Shown here piece after piece: positions 47,721 through 55,445 of a stretch of DNA of 55,445 bases. Source of the stretch: an uncultured Alphaproteobacteria bacterium (GTDB lineage Bacteria > Pseudomonadota > Alphaproteobacteria > JAJFIK01). The notes beneath the pieces are model-generated. The model worked only from the letters and a program-made list of their open reading frames with translations, was not told the DNA's origin and ran no database searches. The stretch is from NCBI GenBank assembly GCA_964531285.1, contig CAZHDI010000005.1:1-55445 (forward strand), given 5' to 3'. The position numbers and the translations under genes are program-made. Position 1 is the first letter of the stretch. Every line of letters starts with the position of its first letter.

Positions 47721-48152
47721 CTAAACGTTGCGCGACGCGATCTTCCACAGACCGGTCGCAGTCATCAGGACACGGCGCTCATTCGCCGCTCCCCCGACGG
47801 CCCGGATCTCGCCATGCATGAAGATGATGGACCGGGTACGCCGGGTGATCCCGGTCGCCGCTTCCAACATGGGCGCATCGGGTACGAGCGGCACGAAATC
47901 GCAGGTCAGCGAGACATTCGTATGACCATGATCGGGCGCCGCGCGGGCGACGGTCGCCTGGAGGGCGGTTTGGGCGGCCATCATCAAAATGCCGGGCGCC
48001 ACGGTGCCGTCCGGCTCCAGATGATCGGGCCGGATGGCCATGCGCATGAGATCGCCGTCCGCCGGACCGCCCGCGCTCTGCCGTCCCACCGGTCCGAGCA
48101 CCGCGGCAAAGCCGGGCAGGGCCAGGGGTTCGAAATCCGGCGGCAGATCCAT
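47721..48152 (-). CDS. PaaI/hotdog-fold thioesterase family protein
   Basis: In-frame ATG at 48152 preceded by AAGGAGAG. 143 aa. Domain order resembles PaaI ('VAPGILMMAAQTALQ', 'VSLTCDFV', 'IIFMHGEI'). Four-nt gap to the patatin gene. Confidence 0.6.
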   Translation of the reverse strand: MDLPPDFEPLALPGFAAVLGPVGRQSAGGPADGDLMRMAIRPDHLEPDGTVAPGILMMAAQTALQATVARAAPDHGHTNVSLTCDFVPLVPDAPMLEAATGITRRTRSIIFMHGEIRAVGGAANERRVLMTATGLWKIASRNV

Positions 48153-48180
48153 GGCGGGCGCTCTCCTTGTGGGGCCGCGG

Positions 48181-49077
48181 TCAAAGACCGAAATGGGCCA
48201 TTGCCGCATGGGCGATGGGGGTGCCGGATTCCTGCACGAAGTGACCTTCCTCGACGAGCATCGGTTCCGGGCAGTTGCGAATGAACGCGCGGGTCCGGGC
48301 CATAACGTCGGTGCCGAGCACAATGTCCTTGGTGCCGACGGCCAGGAAGGTCTCGCCGGTCCAGTCATTGGTCAGGAACCGCTTGGCGGCCTTTGAGGTC
48401 TCGACGCCCGCCATGTCGGGGGCGACCATGACCAACTCCGGGAACCGCCGCACACCGGCTTTATAGCGCTGATCGGGGAAGGGTGCGCCATAGGCCGCCG
48501 CCTCGAACGGATCGAGCCCCTCAATGGCCCGGGTCATCAGCGCCGCCACATCGAGATCCGGGTTCGCGGCCACGAACGCCTTCCAGGCATCGAAGCCCTG
48601 GCCGGGGCTTTCACCGGTCGCCAGCGTCGTGTTCATCACGATCATCCGGGTGATGCGGTCGGGGAAGGCCATCGGCAGCGTCAGGCCCAGAAGCCCGCCC
48701 CAGTCCTGGATGACAAGGCAGACATTGCGCAGGTCCATCGCCTCGATGAAGGCGAGCAGCATGCCCCGGTGAAAATCGAAGGTGTACAGCGCATCGTCCA
48801 CCGGCTTGTCGGACCGGCCGAAGCCGAAAAAGTCCGGCGCCACGACCCGGTGCCCGGCGGCCTGAAAGGCCGGGATCATTTTGCGATAGAGATACGCCCA
48901 GCTCGGCTCGCCGTGGAGGCACAGAAACGTGACGGCGGCGTCGGCGCGCCCAACATCCACATAATGCAGCCGCAGGCCTTCATACCCCGGAAGCCCGTCC
49001 AGATACCGGGGCGCAAAGCTCCAGTGCGGCAGATTGGAAAAGCGCTCGTCCGGCGTGCGTAAAGCCGCAACGGTCAT
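48181..49077 (-). CDS. haloalkane dehalogenase (HLD-I, DhlA-like alpha/beta hydrolase)
   Basis: ORF 298 aa. Collinear with my recollection of Xanthobacter DhlA: 'RTPDERFSNL', 'FLCLHGEPSWAYLYRKMIP', 'APDFFGFGRSDKPV', nucleophile plus halide Trp 'VIQDWGG', cap Trp 'GFDAWKAF', 'GTKDIVLG', 'EEGHFVQE'. Confidence 0.85.
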   Translation of the reverse strand: MTVAALRTPDERFSNLPHWSFAPRYLDGLPGYEGLRLHYVDVGRADAAVTFLCLHGEPSWAYLYRKMIPAFQAAGHRVVAPDFFGFGRSDKPVDDALYTFDFHRGMLLAFIEAMDLRNVCLVIQDWGGLLGLTLPMAFPDRITRMIVMNTTLATGESPGQGFDAWKAFVAANPDLDVAALMTRAIEGLDPFEAAAYGAPFPDQRYKAGVRRFPELVMVAPDMAGVETSKAAKRFLTNDWTGETFLAVGTKDIVLGTDVMARTRAFIRNCPEPMLVEEGHFVQESGTPIAHAAMAHFGL

Positions 49078-49186
49078 GGCAGGCCTCCCTCCAGGCTCGT
49101 CTCATGGTCTGCCGGGGATGCTAGCACCGCCGGGCACGAGCCGAGAAGGATTTGTCAGGAGCGGCCGGCCCTGCGCCGTGCGGGAT

Positions 49187-49753
49187 TCAGAACGGCACCC
49201 GGCCGCCGGCATGGAGCAGATGCACCTTGGATTCGAACTCCGCGCCGCCGATCGTCGCGTCGCCGAGGCCCATATACCGGTAGCCGGCCGAGAAGGTCAT
49301 CCGCCCGTCGAAGCTGTAGTCGACCCCGGCAATGGCATTCCAGGCAAACACGATCTCGTCATCGGAAAAGGCGCTGCCCGCATCCACATCGATTTGGGCG
49401 ATGCCCGCGCCCACGCCGAGATGGGGTTTCACGGTGCCCGGCAGGTCGATGTCGAGATAGGTGTTGCCCAGGGCGCTGATCATCTGAAAATCGCCGTCGA
49501 GCCCGCCTTCATCCAACCCGGCCTGGGCAAAGGTGCCGGTCGCCTCGAAGCGCAGCGGGCCCTGGATGTCGTACCCGGCGGCACCGGAGATCGACAGGCC
49601 CGTATCGGTGTCCACATCCACGCTGCCCTGCCGCAGATCGGCGAAGGCGAGACCGCCGCTCAAGCTGCCGTAGAATTCGCCGTCGGCCAGGGCCGGGGAG
49701 GCAACCAGCAGCATGAGAGCGCCGGTCGCGCCGGCAAACAGTGTCTTTGTCAT
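49187..49753 (-). CDS. outer-membrane beta-barrel protein (OmpW/porin-family-like)
   Basis: In-frame ATG at 49753. Signal peptide 'LMLLVASPALA|DG'. Alternating beta-strand pattern. C-terminal Phe ('GGRVPF'). No obvious SD. Confidence 0.7.
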   Translation of the reverse strand: MTKTLFAGATGALMLLVASPALADGEFYGSLSGGLAFADLRQGSVDVDTDTGLSISGAAGYDIQGPLRFEATGTFAQAGLDEGGLDGDFQMISALGNTYLDIDLPGTVKPHLGVGAGIAQIDVDAGSAFSDDEIVFAWNAIAGVDYSFDGRMTFSAGYRYMGLGDATIGGAEFESKVHLLHAGGRVPF

Positions 49754-49911
49754 ATCGGGGGGAATCCGTGAGGCAGGGGTGGGGGCGGGCCGGCACACGC
49801 CGCCGACCGATTTGATTTCAAGGGCAGATTCGCATGCCTTGGCTGATTCGTCATCCATGACATGATGGCCATGACCAAGAATTTAGGGCCCCGCCAGACC
49901 AGGGAGGCGAC

Positions 49912-50331
49912 ATGCGTCAGGCCGTGACCGAACTGACCGTCCAGACCCGCGGCACCGGCTTCGTCGAAATCACCCGCGATGTTCAAGAATGGGTCGGTGC
50001 CGAAGCGGCGGGCGACGGCCTGGCCACACTTTTTATCCGCCACACCTCGGCATCGCTGGTGGTCCAGGAAAATGCCGACCCCGATGTGCTCACCGATCTG
50101 ACGGCCTTTTTCGAGCGTGTCGCGCCCCGCGATCCGTCGCTCTATGTGCATGGCGCGGAAGGCCCGGACGATATGCCCGCCCATATCCGCACCCTGCTGA
50201 CCGGCACCCATCTGGCGGTCCCGGTGCGGGCCGGGCGCCTGATGCTGGGCACCTGGCAGGGGATTTACGTCGCGGAACACCGGGCCCGGCCCCATACCCG
50301 CCGCATTGCGGTTCATTTGCTCACGGAGTGA
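49912..50331 (+). CDS. yjbQ: secondary thiamine-phosphate synthase enzyme YjbQ (UPF0047)
   Basis: ORF 139 aa. 'FIRHTSASLVVQENADPDV', 'DDMPAHIRTLLTGT', 'GRLMLGTWQGIY'. Confidence 0.85.
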   Translation: MRQAVTELTVQTRGTGFVEITRDVQEWVGAEAAGDGLATLFIRHTSASLVVQENADPDVLTDLTAFFERVAPRDPSLYVHGAEGPDDMPAHIRTLLTGTHLAVPVRAGRLMLGTWQGIYVAEHRARPHTRRIAVHLLTE

Positions 50332-50399
50332 ATGGCCCGGGCGCAGGGCCTGCGCCTATACTCAAAAATGAGGAAACACCGGAAAGCGGGAGCACTCTT

Positions 50400-51662
50400 A
50401 TGGATTTCAACACCCCGGACTGGATCACGGCCAAGATCGATCAGATCGACCGGTTCATCGAGGCGGAAATCAAGCCGCTGGAAAACAGCGACGACAATAT
50501 CCGCTTCTTCGACCACCGGCGCGAACATGCGCGCACCGATTGGGACAATGGCGGCATGCCGCGCCCCGAATGGGAAGCGCTGTTGCGCGAAATGCGCCGG
50601 CGCGCCGATGCGGCGGGTTTTTTGCGGCTTGCGCTGCCCAAGGAATTCGGCGGCGAGGACATCGGCAATCTGGCCATGGCGATCATCCGTGAGCATCTTG
50701 CGGCCAAGGGGCTGGGGCTTCACAACGACCTGCAAAATGAAAGCTCCGTGGTCGGTAACTTCCCGCAAGTCCTGATGTTCCGGGATTTCGGTACGCCCGA
50801 GCAGAAAGACGAGTTTATCACCGGCATGCTCAAGGGCACGCACCGGATCGCCTTCGGCCTGACCGAACCCGATCACGGGTCGGACGCCACCTGGATGGAA
50901 ACCCGCGCCGTGCGCGACGGCTCGGGCTGGCGCATCACCGGGTCGAAAATGTGGAACACAGGGCTTCATGTCGCGAATTACGACATGATCTTCGCGCGCA
51001 CGAGCGGCAAGGACGGCGAGGCGCTGGGCATCACCTGTTTCCTCGTGCCGACGGATGCGGACGGTTTTGCCGTCGAGGAATATCTGTGGACGTTCAATAT
51101 GCCCACCGATCATGCCCGGGTGACCCTCGACAATGTCTGGGTGCCGGACAGCGCCATTCTCGGCCGGCCGGAGCGGGGCCTGGAACTCGCGCAGCATTTC
51201 GTCCATGAAAATCGCATCCGCCAGGCCGCGTCCAGCCTCGGCGCCGCGCAATTCTGCATCGATGAGTCCGCCGATTATGCCCGCCAGCGCAAGCCGTTCG
51301 GCCGTCCGCTCGCGGTCAATCAGGCGATCCAGTTCCCGCTTGTGGAACTGCATACCGAGGCCGAAATGCTGCGTCAGCTCATCCGCAAGACGGCCTGGCA
51401 GATGGATCAGATGAGCCAGCCGGAAGTCGCCCGGCGTATTTCGGACCGTGTGGCCATGTGCAATTACCGGGCGAACCGGCTGTGCTGCGACGCGGCCGAC
51501 CGGGCCATGCAGATCCATGGCGGCATGGGCTATTCGCGGCACAAGCCGTTCGAGCATATCTACCGGCATCACCGCCGCTACCGGATCACCGAGGGCGCGG
51601 AGGAAATTCAGATGCGCAAGATCGCCGGGCATCTGTTCGGCTTTATCGGCAAGAACGCGTGA
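50400..51662 (+). CDS. acyl-CoA dehydrogenase family protein
   Basis: In-frame ATG at 50400 (MDFNTPDWITAKI). 'FGLTEPDHGSDAT', 'GSKMWNTG', 'QIHGGMGYSRHKPFEHIYRHHRRYRITEGAEEIQ'. Confidence 0.85.
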   Translation: MDFNTPDWITAKIDQIDRFIEAEIKPLENSDDNIRFFDHRREHARTDWDNGGMPRPEWEALLREMRRRADAAGFLRLALPKEFGGEDIGNLAMAIIREHLAAKGLGLHNDLQNESSVVGNFPQVLMFRDFGTPEQKDEFITGMLKGTHRIAFGLTEPDHGSDATWMETRAVRDGSGWRITGSKMWNTGLHVANYDMIFARTSGKDGEALGITCFLVPTDADGFAVEEYLWTFNMPTDHARVTLDNVWVPDSAILGRPERGLELAQHFVHENRIRQAASSLGAAQFCIDESADYARQRKPFGRPLAVNQAIQFPLVELHTEAEMLRQLIRKTAWQMDQMSQPEVARRISDRVAMCNYRANRLCCDAADRAMQIHGGMGYSRHKPFEHIYRHHRRYRITEGAEEIQMRKIAGHLFGFIGKNA

Positions 51663-51695
51663 ACGCGAGCGTCCGTAAGGATGAGACCACAGGGC

Positions 51696-51715
51696 CGGAC
51701 GGTTGAAACCGTCCG
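51696..51715. terminator. 8-bp perfect hairpin between convergent genes (possible bidirectional terminator)
   Basis: CGGACGGT-TGAA-ACCGTCCG, located between the ACAD stop (51662) and the GNAT stop (51717). No U-tract. Confidence 0.3.
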
Positions 51716-51716
51716 C

Positions 51717-52175
51717 TCAAAGCTCTTTGGTCATGGAGATGACGCAGATGCCATGGGGATCGACCGACCGGGCGCGCTCGCGCCAGCCCAGGGCGAGGTG
51801 AAAGTCCGGCGCCTTGGTGCCCTCCACCACGTCAATGCTGGCCACGCCGTAGCCCCGGTCGCGCAGGATATCGAGCGCCGCCGCCATCATGAGCCGGCCG
51901 ATGCCGCGCCGGTGATGGTTGGGATCCACATAGATGTGTCGGATATGGCTGGTGCCCGGGTCGAAATCGAAATAGCCGACGATCTGGCCGGCCTGTTCGG
52001 CGACATACATCTCGTGCCAGTCTTCGCTCACGGTCCGCCGGATGCGGTGGGGCACTTCCGAGACCACATCCTCGGGCAGGATGGTGCGATAGGCGTGTAC
52101 CCAGGACTGCACCGCCGTTTCGGTCAAGTCCGGAACATCCCATTTTTCTGCAGGCCTGATCCTGACAGCGGTCAT
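51717..52175 (-). CDS. GNAT family N-acetyltransferase
   Basis: In-frame ATG at 52175 (MTAVRIRPAEKWD). 'IRHIYVDPNHHRRGIGRLMMAAALDILRDRGY'. Confidence 0.75.
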   Translation of the reverse strand: MTAVRIRPAEKWDVPDLTETAVQSWVHAYRTILPEDVVSEVPHRIRRTVSEDWHEMYVAEQAGQIVGYFDFDPGTSHIRHIYVDPNHHRRGIGRLMMAAALDILRDRGYGVASIDVVEGTKAPDFHLALGWRERARSVDPHGICVISMTKEL

Positions 52176-52383
52176 GGCGGACAGTATTCCCACGCTCGCG
52201 GCACCTGCCGTGCCGGCCCCATACATGCCGCTCTATACATGCAATCGTTAGCATCCCGCGCAAAGCCTGAAGTGCGGGACTAAGCCCTTTTTGCCGCCGC
52301 TGTTTCAAATTGGGGACAGATGCACCGCACCGTGGCGCGCCGGGTGGCCCCGGTTCGTGTTATGCGGACCTTTGGTTCATGGT

Positions 52384-52547
52384 TGTCATTCCGGACGGTA
52401 CACGAGCCCAAAACCGCAGGTTTTGGAGGGCGCGTGTCCGATCCGGAATCCAGAGCCGCGTGCTCCGGGCTCGGCGCCCTGGATCCCGGATCGCTCAATG
52501 GGCTCACCAAATCAGAGATTTGGTGCGACTTGGCGTCCGGGATGACG
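52384..52547. repeat. MITE/REP-like multi-hairpin intergenic element, copy B
   Basis: Terminal inverted repeats TGTCATTCCGGACG (52384-52397) and CGTCCGGGATGACG (52534-52547). Internal hairpins CCAAAACC-GCA-GGTTTTGG (52408-52426), CGATCCGGAATCCAGAGC/GCCCTGGATCCCGGATCG (52439-52493) and CACCAAATC-AGA-GATTTGGTG (52505-52525). Confidence 0.65.
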
Positions 52548-52576
52548 GGGCCCACCGCGTCCTTGGCTCCTCGGCC

Positions 52577-52918
52577 TCAGCCGCGATGATGATCCTTGAG
52601 CTTGCTGACCTGGGCATCGATCTGCTTGAGCGCCGCCGCGAAGGCCCGGCGGATCGCCGCATGCGGGTCCGACCGGTCGGGACCGTCCGAGGGGCCCTGA
52701 TGGACCGCGATATCCGGCTGGCCCGGCATGGTGATGTGCATGCGGACCTCGAACGGATCATGCACATGGCTTTTCTTGTTCGGTTGAGACAGGACGACCC
52801 GGCAGGAGGTCAGCCGGCTGAAATGGCGTTCCAGCTTTCGGGCTTCCTCGTGAACCATGGTCTCGATCGCCGGGGAGGGATCGACATGCTCGAAAACGAT
52901 CTCGATGGGAACCTGCAT
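52577..52918 (-). CDS. hpf: HPF/RaiA family ribosome-associated (hibernation) protein, short form
   Basis: ORF 113 aa. 'MQVPIEIVFEHVDPSPAIETMVHEEARKLERHFSRLTSCRVVL' is the typical S30AE/sigma-54-modulation fold N-terminus. Confidence 0.7.
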   Translation of the reverse strand: MQVPIEIVFEHVDPSPAIETMVHEEARKLERHFSRLTSCRVVLSQPNKKSHVHDPFEVRMHITMPGQPDIAVHQGPSDGPDRSDPHAAIRRAFAAALKQIDAQVSKLKDHHRG

Positions 52919-52975
52919 GGGGATGTCCTCTCTTGTTGAAGGGGAAAGATGGAGTCCTGAACCGGACGATGGCGG

Positions 52976-53443
52976 TCAGGCGGCCGGCAGGGATTTTTCG
53001 AGAAAATACCGCATACGGCCTGATTTCGGATACCGGACGGACCCGAACACGCTAAAGCCGAGGGTCTCATAAAAGCCGCGCGCCTGAAAATCGAACGTAT
53101 CGAGATGAATATGGCTGCACGCGCGATCCCGGGCGGCGGTTTCCAGATACATCATCAGCGCCCGTCCAAGGCCCAGGCCGCGCAGGGACTCATCTATCCA
53201 GACATCCGAGATCAGCATGCTGCCATGAGTCTCGTACCAGTGACCGACGGCGCCGCCGGCCACCGAGTCGTCAGGGTTCCGCAAAAACAGGGCGAATTCG
53301 CGGCGGCCGAACGGTTCAGCCACCGCCAGCGCATGATCCAGGAGCCCTTGCTCGATCTGGGCAATATCCTCCTGACGGGGATCATCCGTAATGTCGAGCG
53401 TGAGGCCGGGCGGCAGGCCAGATGGCAGAATCGGCGCGCTCAC
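52976..53443 (-). CDS. GNAT family N-acetyltransferase
   Basis: C-terminal part of ORF 52976..54091. GTG at 53443 overlaps the upstream stop (GTGA). 'DVWIDESLRGLGLGRALMMYLETAARDRACSHIHLDTFDFQARGFYETLGF'. Confidence 0.7.
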   Translation of the reverse strand: MSAPILPSGLPPGLTLDITDDPRQEDIAQIEQGLLDHALAVAEPFGRREFALFLRNPDDSVAGGAVGHWYETHGSMLISDVWIDESLRGLGLGRALMMYLETAARDRACSHIHLDTFDFQARGFYETLGFSVFGSVRYPKSGRMRYFLEKSLPAA

Positions 53444-54462
53444 ACCGGTTCCGGCGCGATCCGGATCAACAGTTTGCCCGTGTTCCCGCCCGTGAACAGC
53501 CGCTTGACCGTCTGCGGCGCGTTCTCCAGCCCGTCTACGATATCCGTCCGGTATGTGAGCCTCCCTTCGGCCATCCATGTGGCCAGGTCCTGAATCGCTT
53601 CGCCGATCCGTGGCAGATAATCCGTAATGATGAAGCCCTCGCAGCGCGCGCGCTTCATCAGCAGGTTTCTGAACATATAAGGACCGGGAACCGGATCGGT
53701 AGCATTGTAACTCGAAATCAATCCGCAAATCGCGATGCGCGCGCGCAGATTGATCAGGGTCAGGACCGCATCGAGTATCTCGCCGCCGACATTCTCGAAA
53801 TCCACATCGATCCCATTGGGGCATTCCCGGCGCAGGGCCTCGAGCACGTTTTCGGTCTTGTAGTTGATGCAGGCATCGAAGCCGAGATCGTCGCGCACCC
53901 AGCGGCATTTTTCGTCCGAGCCCGCCAGACCGACCGCGCGGCAGCCCTTGATCTTGGCGATCTGTCCGGCGATCGAGCCCACGGCGCCCGCCGCCGCCGA
54001 GATCACCACCGTCTCGCCGTCCTTGGGCTGGCCGATATCCAGGAGGCCGAAATAGGCGGTCGCCCCGGTCATGCCGAGGACGCTCATCCACGCATCGAGT
54101 GGCACGCCGAGGTCGGTCGGCACCTTGCCCGCTGCGTCGCCGGACACGCAGGTATAATCCTGCCAGTTCCCCAGCCCCGGCAGCACGATGTCACCGGCCT
54201 TGAAATTGGGATGGCGCGAGGTCTCGACGACCCCCAGCGTGCCGCCGCGCATGACATCGCCGATTTCGACGGGCGGCATATACTGGTCCATATCCGACAT
54301 CCAGATCCGGTTGGTCGGATCGAGCGACAAATAAATATTGCGCACCAGGATCTCGCCCTCGCCGGGGCTGGGGACCGGCGCGTCCTGCAAGGTCAGATCG
54401 CCGTCGCCGATATCGCCGACCGGGCGGCGGGTCAGGATCCATTGGCGGTTGACGGTGGGCAT
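53440..54462 (-). CDS. NADP-dependent oxidoreductase (YncB/CurA, alkenal/enone reductase-like MDR)
   Basis: In-frame ATG at 54462 preceded by AGGAGGA. 'NRQWILTRRP', 'LSLDPTNRIWM', cofactor motif 'ISAAAGAVGSIAGQIAK'. 340 aa. The upstream part of the 657-aa track ORF is non-protein-like. Confidence 0.85.
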   Translation of the reverse strand: MPTVNRQWILTRRPVGDIGDGDLTLQDAPVPSPGEGEILVRNIYLSLDPTNRIWMSDMDQYMPPVEIGDVMRGGTLGVVETSRHPNFKAGDIVLPGLGNWQDYTCVSGDAAGKVPTDLGVPLDAWMSVLGMTGATAYFGLLDIGQPKDGETVVISAAAGAVGSIAGQIAKIKGCRAVGLAGSDEKCRWVRDDLGFDACINYKTENVLEALRRECPNGIDVDFENVGGEILDAVLTLINLRARIAICGLISSYNATDPVPGPYMFRNLLMKRARCEGFIITDYLPRIGEAIQDLATWMAEGRLTYRTDIVDGLENAPQTVKRLFTGGNTGKLLIRIAPEPV

Positions 54463-54663
54463 GGCGGTCCTCCTGTAAATTTTTTGGGGCGTCAGGCGCC
54501 AGTCTAAACAGGGCGGGCCGGCCGGTTGAACCCTGTGGCCGTGTTGGCCCCTCGCGGACAGTTTACTTCGCCGCTTGCCGGTGGGCATGTACCCACGATA
54601 GCGACAGCTATGATGCGGCTCACGATGCCGTACACTGGCAGAAGAGCGGGTAAAGGAGCGGTC

Positions 54664-55445
54664 ATGGCGGACGCAGGACGGATGAGGGGCCCGATGCGCT
54701 GGGCGGGCGGGCTTCTGGCGATGCTGGTGTGCCTGACCGCGGCGCTTGCCGGCCCGGTCCGCGCCGCGCCCAGCGCCGCGACCGAGCATGTGTCCTTGAC
54801 CCTGATCCCCGAGTGGCGGTCCGTTCCGGCCGGGGGCGGCACCTTTCGGGTGGTGCTGGAACAGGAGATTATTCCCGGCTGGCACACCTATTGGCTGAAT
54901 CCCGGCGATTCCGGCGAACCGACCGAGGCCGTCTGGGCGTTGCCCGGCGGCGTGACGGCCAGCGGCCTTGCGTTTCCCTATCCCCACCGCAAGCCCTACG
55001 GCCCCCTGGTCAATTTCGGCTATGAGGGCACGGTCCGCTTCGTGGCCGAGATGACCGTGCCGCCCGGGCAGGTGCCGGGCACCGATCTGACCTTCGCCGC
55101 CGATGTCTATTGGCTGGTGTGCGAGGAAATCTGCATCCCCGAACAGGTGGAAGTGGATTTCACGCTGCCGGTCGCCGAAGGCGCGGCGGACATCGCCCCG
55201 GACATTGACCCGGACGGCGCGGCGGCCCTGGCGGCGGCCCTTGATACCATGCCCCAGCCCGTGCCTTGGACCGCGACCTATGAGGTCAGCGAGGGTCAGG
55301 TTACGGTCGGCGTCGCGGCGCCGGAGACCGTGCCGGCCTTCGAGTCCGGCCGGGTCCGCGAGGTGGTGTTCTTCCCCGAGCCGGACGGCATCATCGCCAA
55401 TGCCGCGCCCCAAACCGTCCGCTTCGGCGCCGATGGCTTTGCGCT
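54664..55445 (+). CDS. DsbD/DsbC-type thiol:disulfide interchange domain protein, N-terminal part (3' end beyond window)
   Basis: Absent from the ORF track because it is open at the window end. ATG at 54664 after AAGGAG. Signal peptide 'LLAMLVCLTAALAGPVRA'. 'GWHTYWLNPGDSGEPT' and 'YWLVCEEICIPE' are the DsbD N-terminal domain signatures. Confidence 0.75.
   Translation, partial: MADAGRMRGPMRWAGGLLAMLVCLTAALAGPVRAAPSAATEHVSLTLIPEWRSVPAGGGTFRVVLEQEIIPGWHTYWLNPGDSGEPTEAVWALPGGVTASGLAFPYPHRKPYGPLVNFGYEGTVRFVAEMTVPPGQVPGTDLTFAADVYWLVCEEICIPEQVEVDFTLPVAEGAADIAPDIDPDGAAALAAALDTMPQPVPWTATYEVSEGQVTVGVAAPETVPAFESGRVREVVFFPEPDGIIANAAPQTVRFGADGFA

Noticed and set aside
49756-49790. G-run cluster (G6, G4, G5, G3) upstream of the OMP gene as a G-quadruplex regulatory element
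   Set aside because: G-runs are common in DNA this GC-rich, the loop between the first two runs is long, and the G-rich strand is not the OMP mRNA strand. There is no supporting evidence beyond the motif.
53440-55413. 657-aa reading of the minus-strand ORF, and the 371-aa reading of 52976..54091
   Set aside because: Only the C-terminal 340 aa and 155 aa respectively show family motifs and are preceded by RBS or start signals. The N-terminal extensions are Arg/Gly/Pro-rich and overlap the DsbD-like gene or the oxidoreductase gene.

Overview
This is a high-GC chromosomal segment that looks alphaproteobacterial. Supporting genes are a class-I LysRS, a PodJ-like polarity factor, the TIGR02186/Alph_Pro_TM-TauE pair and DUF952-pyrD. 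I support about 47 protein-coding genes. I found no rRNA or tRNA genes, no CRISPR array, and no transposase, integrase or phage structural genes. All family calls rest on motif recognition by eye, with no database search.

Gene content from left to right:
- 1-11 kb: prkA (5' part), a GNAT, a SixA-like phosphatase, a fatty-acid hydroxylase-family protein, TerB, a DinG/XPD-like Fe-S helicase, lysK, a TPR-like protein and an HTH-only repressor remnant.
- 11-19 kb: DUF952-pyrD, a MATE pump, two PaaI thioesterases, an FMO, TetR, a quinone oxidoreductase and a GNAT.
- 19-29 kb: a membrane-anchored orphan receiver protein, Lhr-core helicase with PdeM, DUF3429, TIGR02186-TauE and a 1057-aa PodJ-like protein.
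- 29-40 kb: a MerR-headed beta-oxidation cluster (two ACADs, PaiB, thiolase, FadB-like, hydrolase) with a convergent MaoC-thioesterase pair.
- 40-44 kb: a 1213-aa FG-GAP/Calx-beta/cadherin-like/RTX protein.
- 44-55 kb: enoyl-CoA hydratase, a Coa1-like protein, a haloalkane dehalogenase-PaaI-cNMP/patatin operon, an OMP, YjbQ, an ACAD, a GNAT, an oxidoreductase-GNAT-HPF operon and a DsbD-like protein (3' end cut by the window).

Many long ORFs in the six-frame track are antisense shadows typical of high-GC DNA.

I did not find a convincing self-contained novel system. The most follow-up-worthy items are:
- the dehalogenase-thioesterase-cNMP-gated patatin operon;
- the orphan RTX/integrin-like giant protein with its 550-bp leader;
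- the duplicated two-TM module fused to an orphan receiver domain;
- the TerB/Fe-S helicase pair;
- a family of about 160-bp MITE/REP-like multi-hairpin elements.
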